Origin: Thecamonas trahens ATCC 50062
Taxonomy: Eukaryota > Protista > Apusomonadida
Direction of reading: 5' to 3'
DNA: 35,542 bases
Assembly (NCBI RefSeq): GCF_000142905.1
Contig: NW_013657631.1
Location: forward strand, 213,846 to 249,387
Position 1 is the stretch's first letter; every line of letters starts with the position of its first letter. This document shows positions 1 to 10,063 of this stretch, one piece after another. The notes under the pieces are model-generated. The model was not told the origin of the DNA and made no database searches. It saw only the letters and a list, made by a program, of their open reading frames with translations. The translations under genes were made by a program, and so were the position numbers.

Positions 1-81
1 CTTCCCCCCCCCCGCCTCACAAGCCACACCAGACTGCCAACCAACGGGCACATACTTGACTATTATACCAAGAGCTTGGTC

Positions 82-3000
82 ATGCTTTCGTCGTCGTCAC
101 TCTCTGACGACTCGTATGGCTCTCGGAAGACCGGCGAGCTGCGCAGCGCAGCACGTGGACGGGCGCCTGCGGCGGCGCCTTCGGACGGCCGAGGGGATGG
201 TGGCGGGGGGGATGGCGATGACGAGGTGCAGCGGCCTGCGGCGTACAGCCCTGGGCCCAAGGGGGGCAGTACAGGTGTGCGGATGTGCGTGCTTGGAGTG
301 TCGGGGCTGGTGGTGGTGCTGGGCATGGTGCTGGTGGCCCTGGCCTCTGTCCGCAAGCACGGCTCATCGCCGTATCCCAGCTATCCTCATCAAGAGGTAG
401 CTGCGGCGGAGCGGTTGCCGCGGGTGGCTGAGCCCATTGACTACTCGCTCTTTATTCGGGTCGGCCTGCCGTCTCCGTTTCCGTACTTTTCCGGGAGCGT
501 GGTCATCGACACGGTGATCAAGTCGCCGACGTCGATGCTCTTCCTCCACGCCGGCGAGAACCTGGTGGTGGGCAAGGCCGAGTGGCGACCGGAGGGCATG
601 GCTGCAGGGCTTCCCGGGTGGGAGCTTGGCATCGAGACGGATGCGCAGATGACCGAGGTCATGCTGGATCTTGGCGGGCGGCTGCTGACACGTGGTGCGC
701 GTGGTAAGCTTGTGGTGACCTTTTCGGCGGCGCTGCGCGACTCGCCGCTCCGCGGGCTGTATCTGGCAGAGGTGGACGAGGGCGAGTACATGGCGGTGAC
801 GCAGTTTGAGCCGACGGATGCGCGGCGAATGTTCCCGTGCTTTGACGAGCCTGAGTACAAGGCGATTTTTAGCATTGCCGTCTCGCACCACTCGAGCCTC
901 ACGGCGCTGTCGAACGCGCCGGCGAGCACGGTCTCGCCAGACACGTCGGACGAGGTTGCCGACAGTAACTACGTGGTTACGCGGTTTGAGCGGACGCCAC
1001 GGATGTCATCGTATCTTGTGGCGATCGCGGTGGGCGAGCTGGCGTCGCTCTCGGGAGTGACGTCGACCGGAGTGGAGGTTAAGGCGTACGCGCCTCCGGC
1101 GCTGGTGGACCAAGCGCAGTTTGCGCTCGATGTGGCGGTCGACGTGCTTGCGTACTACGAGCAGTTCTTTGGCCAGGCCTACCCTCTGCGCAAGCTCGAC
1201 CTGCTTGCGGTTCCGTCGTTTGCGGCGGGCGCGATGGAGAACTGGGGTCTGGTGACGTACAGATACTCTGCGATGCTGGTGACGCCCGAGGCGTCTGCGG
1301 CGGCGCACTACCGAGTGGCGCTTGTGGTGGCGCACGAGCTCGCGCACCAGTGGTTCGGCAACCTTGTGACCATGGAGTGGTTCAACGACCTGTGGCTCAA
1401 CGAGGGCTTCGCCTCGTACGTGCAGTATGTGGGGATGAACGCGGCGTTCCCGGCATGGAAGGTATGGGACGTCTTTCCGCGCGACGAGACGCTCGGCGCC
1501 ATGCTCGAGGACGCGTCGCCACACACGCACCCTCTAGCGGTGCCGGCATCGATGTCTGTCAACGAAATCAACTCGCTCTTTGACTCTGTCTCGTACGGCA
1601 AGGGTGCGTCGGTCATCCGGCTCCTTGTCGATTACTTTCAGCGGTCACCGGAGATCTCCAACACCGCGTTTTCGGACGGGCTTAACGCATACCTCTCCAA
1701 GCATGCGTACGGGTCAGCGACGACGCGGGACCTGTGGGAGTCGATGTCCGAGGCGTCGACGCTTGACATTGTGCAGCTGATGGATGCGTGGACGCATGCG
1801 CCGGGCTTTCCGGTCGTCAACATCGACGCTTCGGCGTGCGCGACCGCGACCGGGACAAGCTGCAACGTCTTGGTCCAGCAAGAGCGGTTCCTCTCGACAC
1901 GGGCGGTCAACTCTGCCCAGCAAATTGCAGTGGCAGCCGCATCGACTGACACGGTGTGGACCATTCCGATGGCGCTGCAGGCCGGATCTGCGGCGGATGG
2001 TGCTGAGAGCTTTGCCGTTCTCCGCCAGGCCGGGCCCGAGGAGGTGTACGTGACGCTGCCGGCGAGCGGGGCGACGCCAGTTGTGGTCGGCAATCTCGGG
2101 CGTGGCGGCTACTACATTGTCAACTACACAGCGACCGGGTGGGAGGCACTGACGGCGATGCTTGAGGCCGACAGCAGCGCGCTGTCTGTGCTCGACAAGG
2201 CCGGGGCGGTGCACGACGCCTTTACGCTCGCGCGCGATGTCCAGCTCCACCCATTTATTCCGCTCAACCTTGTGCGGCGGGCGTTTAGAGGCGCGGACAG
2301 CTCGTTCCCGCTGTGGGACGTTGTGCTCACGATGCTGCACCTGACGAACGCGCGGGTGGAGTCTGCGGGCGAGGCGACGCTTCGTGGGTTTGTGACAGAT
2401 GTGCTCAACGCGACGATGTACGAAGTGGTGGCACCACTCTCGCGGAACGGAGTCATCTCGTACCTGGCGAGCGACAACCCGCACGGGGTAGCTGCAGACG
2501 GGCGTGACAGCGAAGAGCTGCGTGCGCTGGTCTTGCGGGTGGCGCTTGACGCCGGACACCACGACGCAGTGGCGGCGGCCAACATAGGTTACGCGGCGTT
2601 CCTCGCGAACGAGACTGGTAACGCGCTCGATCCAGCGCTCCGTGGGGCGGTGTTCCACCATGTGGTGGCGACTGGCGGAACGGCCGAGTACGATGCGATG
2701 CGGACGCGGTACTACGGGCGAGCGACCCAGCGGAGAAGCGCGATGCGCTGTACGCGCTGGCGGCGGCGTCGAGTCCGGTGGACCTCGACCGGACGCTGGC
2801 AGACATGGTGGACGCGAGCAAGATCCCGTCGCAGGAGTTCCCGCGGATGATGGTGTACGTGTCGCGCAACACGCCGGCTGGCGGGCGGATGAAGGCGTAT
2901 GAGTTTTTCAAGGCCCACTTTACCGACATCATCATGGCGCGGTACGGCGACGGCGGGTTCGGCCTCGACACAATTATCGAGGGAGTTGTGGGCGGCTTTG

Positions 3001-3173
3001 ACACGGACTCGGTTCTCGGCGACGTCCGCGACTTTTTCACCGATAACCCCGTGATCCACGCGCAGGGCTCGGTCGACCGGGCCATCGACTCGATTCTAGT
3101 CAACAACGTGTGGCGGCGGGCGCACGCACCGCTGGTCATCGAGTGGCTGCGGGAGCATCGGTACATGATGTAG
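82..3173 (+). CDS. M1-family zinc aminopeptidase (aminopeptidase N/ERAP-like) with N-terminal type II membrane anchor; one -1 frame change at ~2716-2718
   Basis: Motifs TQFEPTDARRMFPCFDEP, GAMENWG, HELAHQWFGN..WLNEGFA (HEXXH-x18-E) and FDSVSYGKG. Hydrophobic segment VLGVSGLVVVLGMVLVALA near the N-terminus. First ATG at 82. The C-terminal helical domain continues in the -1 frame (ASDPAEKRDALYALAAASSPVDLDRTL...WLREHRYMM*) to 3173. Confidence 0.93.
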
Positions 3174-3198
3174 CAGAGGTAAAGGAACAGGTGCGCCG

Positions 3199-4062
3199 TC
3201 ATCGCTTGGAGTAGAGGACCGAGGTGGCGGAGCGGAGGCCGATGGAGCCGCGGCGGGCTGGCGACGAGCCGGCAAAGCCGCCGCGGACCGCCAGCCGGGT
3301 CTCGATGACGCGGTCAAAGAACGAGGCAAAGGCCTCGCCGTCGAGCGAGTCGGGATCGATGGCGCAGGTGGCGACACTCGACGAGTTGAGGAGCGAGAAG
3401 AAGCGCTCAAAGCCGGCAGCCGAGGTCAGGCCCGATGACGAGCTGCCGGAGCTCGAGCGCTTGCGCGAAGCAGCGCCGGCCTTTGCCGCGTCGACAGCAT
3501 CAGTCTTGTTGGCGACCAGCAGCAGCGGGCACGAGGCGATGGGCGAGCCCGAGTACAGCTCCATGTCAAAGGGCGGGACGATGACGCGCCCGTTGTTGTC
3601 GATGTTGAGTCCTGCAGCCTCATCATCGGCAGCAGCAGCGGCAGATGACGCGCCAGCAGAGTCATCGTCAGGCTCATGACCAATGTCAGCGCGATGAGCG
3701 GCAAAGGCAATCTCTGAGAGCCAATTGAAGAGGTTGGCAAAGGAGTTGGCGTTTGCCAGATCGTGGACGAGCATGACGCCGTCTGCGTTGGCGTAGAAGA
3801 CAGATCGAGCGTCTGCGTACTTTGCGGCGCCGCCGACATCGATCAGTTCGATAAAGTACTGCTTGCCCGAGGTGGAGTGGGTATGGCCCACCACCTCGAC
3901 GTTGGCTCCGATGGTCCAGCTCGGTCGGCTCTCGCCGGCGCCCGTCAGGCTCGCCACCAGCGACGTCTTGCCCACCCCAGAGTCGCCCACCACCAGGATG
4001 CGGACAGAGTCCAGTGCGTGCACAGATGCCGTCCCATGCCCCGTGCCACGTCCCCGGAACAT
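3199..4062 (-). CDS. RABL3: Rab-like protein 3 (RABL3/Lip1-type small GTPase)
   Basis: VRILVVGDSGVGKTS, PSWTIGANVEV, YFIELIDVGG, RSVFYANADGVMLVHDL and NKTD, with no C-terminal prenylation cysteines, match RABL3. ATG at 4062. The longer ORF only runs into the upstream minisatellite. Confidence 0.88.
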   Translation of the reverse strand: MFRGRGTGHGTASVHALDSVRILVVGDSGVGKTSLVASLTGAGESRPSWTIGANVEVVGHTHSTSGKQYFIELIDVGGAAKYADARSVFYANADGVMLVHDLANANSFANLFNWLSEIAFAAHRADIGHEPDDDSAGASSAAAAADDEAAGLNIDNNGRVIVPPFDMELYSGSPIASCPLLLVANKTDAVDAAKAGAASRKRSSSGSSSSGLTSAAGFERFFSLLNSSSVATCAIDPDSLDGEAFASFFDRVIETRLAVRGGFAGSSPARRGSIGLRSATSVLYSKR

Positions 4063-4186
4063 GGTGTGCGCAAGAGTGTGTGGGAGGGGGGATATGGGGA
4101 GGGGTGGGTGTGGGCAGGGCTGGGTTGGGGCTGGTTGTCTGGGAGGCGATGGCGATGGCGATGGCTGGGGGTATGGATTGGGTGGA

Positions 4187-4499
4187 GTGATCGGTGTGAT
4201 GTGGTGTGGTGTGGTGCAGAGTGATCGGTGTGATGTGGTGTGGTGTGGTGCAGAGTGATCGGTGTGATGTGGTGTGGTGTGGTGCAGAGTGATCGGTGTG
4301 ATGTGATGTGGTGTGGTGCAGAGTGATCGGTGTGATGTGGTGTGGTGTGGCGCAGAGTGATCGGTGTGATGTGGTGTGGTGTGGTGCAGAGTGATCGGTG
4401 TGATGTGATGTGGTGTGGTGCAGAGTGATCGGTGTGATGTGGTGTGGTGTGGTGCAGAGTGATCGGTGTGATGTGGTGTGGTGTGGTGGAGAGTGATCG
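4187..4499. repeat. 34-bp minisatellite, 9 full copies plus a partial (GTGATCGGTGTGATGTGGTGTGGTGTGGTGCAGA)
   Basis: Units start at 4187, 4221, 4255, 4289, 4323, 4357, 4391, 4425, 4459 and 4493 (partial). They are directly head-to-tail with only single substitutions. Confidence 0.95.
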
Positions 4500-4684
4500 C
4501 TTTGATTAGGGTCCATCCCCGCAGAGTACGGTCTGATCTGATGTTCGGCAAGCCATACCTGTGGCCTCTGTTAGTGCGCCGGTGCGGTCCGCACGAAGCC
4601 ACGACAGGCGCACGAGGGATAGGGGCACGACGGACACGACACGGAAGAAGCCACCTCTCCCCTTCTCTTCTCCCACCGTCTTGC

Positions 4685-6243
4685 ATGTCGACGTCGACAC
4701 ATGGCGGGCACGATGGCGGCAAGGGCGTGGAGCGGGTGCTGGACGGGGCAGTCGGGCGCGAGGATGAGCCATTGCTGCCAGCGGCGGCGGCGGCAGCGAC
4801 GGGATCGGTGGCGGGATCGGCGACGGGGACGGCGGGACAAGTGGCGGAGATGTCGACATTGGCACAAGCGGCTTTCTCGACCTATTGGTTAGCGTTCTTC
4901 ATCCTGGCCATGCTCATCATCCCGGTCCTCCTCCCATCCAAGGTCGCGTCGCTCGTTGCGCCGAGTCGCAAGGGCTCAGCCCTGGGCGCGACGGCGGCCA
5001 TCGGCAACGCCTTTCTGGTTGTCCTCAATCCGGTCTTTGGCGCAGCATCAGACGCGGCGTGTGCACGCAAGCCGTTCATCGGTGGCGGCGGCCTCCTTCT
5101 TGCTGCAGCAGTGATGACGCTGTACCTTGCAGACACGTACCTGCTCTTCACAACCGCCTTCTCGGTCACCTGCATCGCACTTGCGGTCTCGATTCCGGCC
5201 TACAACGCAGCAGTGCCCGAAATCGCGCCGCCACACCAGGCGGGTCAGCTTGGCGCCTGGCTGTCGGCGGCGTCGACCGTCGGCGGCCTCGCCGGCTCAC
5301 TCGCTGTCCTCTTTGCCGCCAACAAGTTTTCCGACTTTCTGATGTGCGCCACCTCGGCTGGGCTTGTCGGCCTCTCTGCGCTTGTGGCCATCTCGTCGTT
5401 CTCAGAGTCCCCAGGCGCGCGGCGGGCCGCCAAAGCCCAGCGGAAGAGCATGGCGTTCTCGCTGCAGACAGACGACCGCGGCGGGAGTGGCGTCGAGCCG
5501 CGATCGCGATGGCGGTGCGCGGCACTGACCGCCGCGTTCCCGTCGCTCAGCTACAGGCCTTACACCATGTTCCTGACAGTGACCTTTCTACAGAACGCGG
5601 GGCAAACGCTCGTCACGCTCTACGCGCTCTACTTTTTCCACGACGTGCTTGGCGATGACAATCTGGTGCTCTGGCCAGGCGGCCCGCGGCTGCACTCGGC
5701 CGCGGCGGCGACGGGCGCGTTGCAGGTGGCGACGCAATTTGGCGGCGTCATTGCCTCGGGCGTGTCGTGGAAGTGGTCACAGAGCCCCAATCATCGGACA
5801 CAGGCCATGTTCTGGCTGACACTCACTATTGCAGGGCCACTTGTCTTTGTCTTTGCCCGCTCGCTCGGGCTCATTGTCGGCTTTGCGCTCATCTACGGCG
5901 CCGGCATCGGCGGCTTCATGGCACTCTCGTATCCGCTGATGGTCAACATCCTGCGGGCGGCACAGGCTGTGCGCGGTACGACCGGATCGGTAGAGGCCGG
6001 CGGAACCGAGTGGTCGCTGTGGATTGTCTCGGTCCTCGCGCCCAAGGCTGTCCTTCCGCGTGGTGCGGCGCAGCGCTGGACGCGCTGCAGGAGACCGGCA
6101 AGCGACACGGCGACAGCAATCTCGGATACCAGGTGCTCTACGGGTTTGGCGCGTTGCTGATGGCGGCCGGCGCGGTGCTCGCTCTGCGGCTGACGCATGC
6201 CGCGGATTTGCCTGCAGACGACGCGGGGAAGGAGGATGCATAG
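4685..6243 (+). CDS. Major facilitator superfamily transporter (probably GPH/sugar-symporter-like); one -1 frame change at ~6056
   Basis: About 12 hydrophobic segments in two halves with a central hydrophilic loop. Loop 2-3 motif PVFGAASDAACARKPFI. N-terminal EDEPLL acidic-dileucine motif. The last helix (GYQVLYGFGALLMAAGAVLALRL) lies in the -1 frame ending at 6243. Confidence 0.85.
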
Positions 6244-6288
6244 GCGAGTGTCGGTTGAAAGTTTACGGTTGCAGCAGGCGAGGCGAGC

Positions 6289-7019
6289 TTACTCGGTCTT
6301 CTTCTTGCCGCGCGGGATCATGGCCACCAGGGCATCGACCTGGGCCTTGGCCTTGGCGAGGACCGGGTCAATCTGGATGTGGAACTTGGCGTAGATGATG
6401 GGGATGGTGAAGAGGAGGAAGAAGGCGGTGAAGACGGCGGTGTTGAAGCCGATCCACGAAAAGACGTCCGAGGCGACAAAAGCGGCGCCGGCGGCCTGGG
6501 CAGTGACGACCATGTCCTGGACGTAGAAGATGTCCTTGACCGAAACGAGGGCGTCGTTGAGGGCGTCAACGACCGAGTCAACAGCGGTGTGGATGGTGTC
6601 GCGCGGGAAGGAGAAGTTGGCCAGCGGCCAGTTGGCCCGCGACGGATCGAGCGGGGCGCCCGAGAGGAACTTGACCTGGACGAGCTTGGCGCCGGTAAAG
6701 GCGAGGGCAGCCAAGAGCAGATACGTCGCCACCTGGGCCGCCAGCCCCAGGACTGTGTACTCGAGCACCTCGAGGAGCAGGTACACCGCCAGGCCCGAGG
6801 CAAAGACAATGCCCGAGTTGATCGGGTTGGTCCACAGGAAGATCTCCGGCATCTTGCGCACCGTCCGCCGGGCAGCAGCAGCCGGAGCGGAAGCAGCCGG
6901 AGCAGCAGCAGCCGGAGCGGGAGCAGCCGGAGCCGGAGCGGGAGCAGCCGGAGCGGGAGCGGGGCAGCCGGTGCCTCAGTGGGCATAGTGGGTGTGGTCT
7001 CTGCTGGTGTCGCCTCCAT
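6289..7019 (-). CDS. Reticulon-family ER-shaping protein with Pro/Ala-rich N-terminus; one -1 frame change at ~6961-6964
   Basis: EIFLWTNPINSGIVF, two long hydrophobic hairpins and LFTIPIIYAKFHIQID match the reticulon homology domain. ATG at 7019 (MEATPAETT) joins the APAPAA repeat frame if one base is restored. Confidence 0.88.
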
Positions 7020-7527
7020 GATCTGTTGCTCACATTGGCAGGCACACACAGCGGAATAAGATTCAAGAGGAGGTCATGGGCATGGGCATGATCATCATGG
7101 GGTTGGGGGGGGGGGGAGTGAGTGAGTGTGTGTGAGGAGGGAGGGGGGGGTCAGGGTGACCAAAGAAATGAATGGCGCGCCACTTTTGGTGGCTGACTTG
7201 AAAAAGGTCGCAAAGCGGGGGGTGGGGGGGTGTCGGGGGGCGAGGGGAGAGGTATAGGCAAGGTAGCAGAGTGGGGATTTGAGGATGAGGGAGTATAGGA
7301 ATGAGGACAGTGTGCGGTGTAGTGGGAATGTATGTGACATGCGGTGTGGATTGGGTACAGGGTGGAAAGAGTCGCCCCGGCGGCCACCGCCACAAAGAAG
7401 CGGTCGCCCATCCTCCGCTGGCAGCACGTTCCCCTGTGTTCCATGCCGGTCATGGCACGCGCGGGGAAGGGCGACAACAACAGCAGGAAAGGATTGCGGA
7501 GGGGGAAGAGGGAACCACCACCATGAT

Positions 7528-7565
7528 CACCACCACCACCACCACCACCACCACCACCACCACCA
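7528..7565. repeat. (CAC)n microsatellite
   Basis: About 12 uninterrupted CAC units in a non-coding, probably intronic, region. Confidence 0.9.
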
Positions 7566-7848
7566 TCTCTGCTACCCTTCCCACCACCACCCCTTGACCA
7601 CCACCACCCCCGCCACAAAGACGGCAGTCCCAGACTTGCCCAGACGATCGCGTCGAACATACATTGATAAAGAGAAGTAAATGGACGGTCGGTCGGTCGG
7701 CGGTCGGGCGGTGGGGCGGTTGGTCGGGCGGACGGGCGGTCGGCGGGCAGGCGGTTGCCTGACTGCCCCGACGACCATGACAATGACCACACCCACCTCT
7801 CTCTCTCTCTCTGTCCTTCCTCATCATCCTCACCACACTGTGTGTAGC

Positions 7849-10052
7849 ATGGAGTATGTGCCTGCCCCGAGCTACACAGCATCACTCTCTGTGAGTGCCG
7901 AACTCCCGTTGCATCTCCAGGACGAGGACGAGGCCGAGGCCGAGGCTGCCAACCACTCTGCGTACGTGACGGGGTGAGGGGAGGGGGATGGGCGTGGCGG
8001 GTGGAGATAGTACTAACGATGTGTAAGTGCGCGTGCGCGTATGCGTGTGCGTGTGATGGTGATCATCATGGCTGTGGGCTCTGTCTCTCTCACGTTCGCA
8101 GCGAGTTTGCCGGCCTCCTGCAAGCCCTTGTGGCAGCAACGGTGCCGCCGCTCCCAGCGCCATCAGCGCTGGCCGATGCCACCTCGATAGGAAGCAAGGT
8201 GCTGGTAGTCGGCATGATGGTTGCGGCGCCGGTTCCGCCATCGCTGCGCTCGGCAGCATCGTCAGTTCGAATCAGTGGCTCGGTCGTCCATCGAGCCAAG
8301 GGCGAGGTCTGCGCCTGGCGACCGATGTCGGCCATGGCCGCCAAGGCTACCGGCGCCCGCATGCACCCTGCCGCCTACGAGGTCGACATCCGCTTTGAGG
8401 ATGAGCTGCTCCCCGTCGCCACCTTTGCGTACACCGAGATCGACAAGATCGCCATCTCGGCAGGCTCCATGGTCTCGCCCGAGGACCGGCTGCTCCAGCT
8501 CCTGGCGCTCTTTGACGACGAGAGCGTTCTCACCAAGGCCTTGCCCAAGATCGAGACGGCCGAGAGCTGCCAGGGCGAGTGGGCGCTCAAGCGGTCGTGG
8601 ACGCTCACGCCGCTGCACGCTGCTGCTATGCTGGGCATGCCGAGGCTCATCGCCGCGCTTGTCGACGGCGGCGCCCGGCTCGATGCCAAGGCTTCGCTCA
8701 CCCTCGAGCATACCCGCTCACAGGACGTGACCGTTGTCGAGGGCTTCCGCTACATTTTTGACGGACTGAGTCCGGTGCATCTACTTGCGCTTGCCGGTGC
8801 CTCCGACTCACTGGTGGCTCTCTGCGAGGCATCGCCCGACGCGCTCGCTGTCGGCGCCTCGCACCCGGCCAGTGTATCGGTCCTCCGCTACGCGGGCACC
8901 GCATCGGCGCTGGTGTTTGAGAACGTGACAGCGCTCACGGTTGCTGCGGCGTCGCGCACCCCGCAGCTCCTTGCTGCGCTTGTGGGCGTGGTCCCGCCGA
9001 TGTCGCTCCCGCAGGTGCAAGTCACGCTGCAATCGTCGCGATCACAGGGCGACGAGCGCGACACAACGACGCTCGGCCCCGTCGACGTCGTTATGGGCCT
9101 CCTGCCATTCCTTCCAGACCCGTGCTGCACCCGCGACGCCTCGCCCATCTCGGGTGCAGAGTCTGCAAACAACGAGGCGAGCAACATTGCGGCGTGTGTG
9201 GAGATCCTGGTCGCCGCAGGTGCCGGGCCATCGCTCCCGCTCCGTGACTGGACCAGCATCACGTCCGATGCCAGCGCACCTGAGCTCGCAAGCTCAGCCG
9301 GCCACGCCGATGCGGTTGCAGAGTACGCAACAGCGATTCTCGAGAGACACCTCCGCCGCGCTGCAGCGCTTGCTGCCGCCTACCCCGGCGGGTATGCGCC
9401 GCTCGGTGTCATGACCTCGCGCACTGCGTCTGCCGTCCACGTCCTCGCCAAACGCGGTGACGGGAGTGCGGCGACCCAACTCCTTTCTTCAGCCGCCGAG
9501 TGGCTGGCGTCGGCGGCCATGGCCGGCGCCGTTGCCGCTAAGTACCACACGATCATCGAGCAGCTCGCCATCCGCGAGTTTGCACCGCGCGGCGCGTTTG
9601 AGCGCTTGCCGTCGACCTTTGCCGTCGACCTCCTCGCCACGCTCATCGGCCGGGACTGGCTCGACATGTTTATCCTCGCGCGCCCGCGCAAGAGCCTCTC
9701 GTTCTCGATCGAGCCGCCATCGATGCCGTTGCGGCTCTCGGCGCGCCAGCCCGACCCGAGCGAGCCCGAGCTCGACCTCGAATGGCAAGCGCCCGACGAC
9801 GTTGGAGGCGCGCCGCTCACCGGCTACATCGTCGAAATGGCCTGGGACTGGGAGTATCGCAAGGGCCTCCGCATTGTCGACGAGCTCACGCCGGAAGCTA
9901 CCTCGCTCCACCTCGCTGAGCCGTCGTTCGAGCCGGGCGCCCAGCTCTTCTTCCGCGTCTCGGCCATCAACGCCGCCGGCGCCTCGGTCGCCAACAAGAC
10001 CCGGATTCGGCTCAAACTCCCGCTCGACACCGAGGAGAGCAGCGACGTTTAA
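7849..10052 (+). CDS. Ankyrin-like repeat protein with C-terminal fibronectin type III domain; spliced (exon 7849-7961, possible micro-exon 8011-8022, exon 8102-10052); further 5' exons possible
   Basis: Ankyrin-like cores TPLHAAAMLG, SPVHLLALAG and TALTVAAAS. FN3 signature LEWQAPDDVGGAPLTGYIVE...FRVSAINAAG. Donor GTACGT at 7962 and acceptor CTCAC..CGCAG at 8101 join in frame (GC|C). Confidence 0.75.
7962..8101 (+). other. Spliceosomal intron(s), either one 140-nt intron or 49 + 79 nt around a 12-nt micro-exon
   Basis: GTACGT donor, G-rich and GT-rich filler, CTCAC branch-like site and CAG acceptor. Splicing keeps the reading frame. Confidence 0.7.
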
Positions 10053-10063
10053 AACAAAAAGGG

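Noticed and set aside
2709-2722. Tiny 14-nt GT..AG intron explaining the aminopeptidase frame change
   Set aside because: It would delete the Tyr expected in this helix, it is far shorter than the other introns here, and equivalent GT-AG pairs do not explain the other sites (for example Tctex and reticulon).
4187-4499. CRISPR array (34-bp repeats)
   Set aside because: The repeats are directly adjacent with no unique spacers, there are no cas genes, and the context is eukaryotic.
4063-4722. His/Thr-rich N-terminal extension of RABL3 and the overlapping extension of the MFS ORF
   Set aside because: These are translations of the minisatellite, which lacks stops on the minus strand. Homology-like sequence begins at ATG 4062 and 4685.
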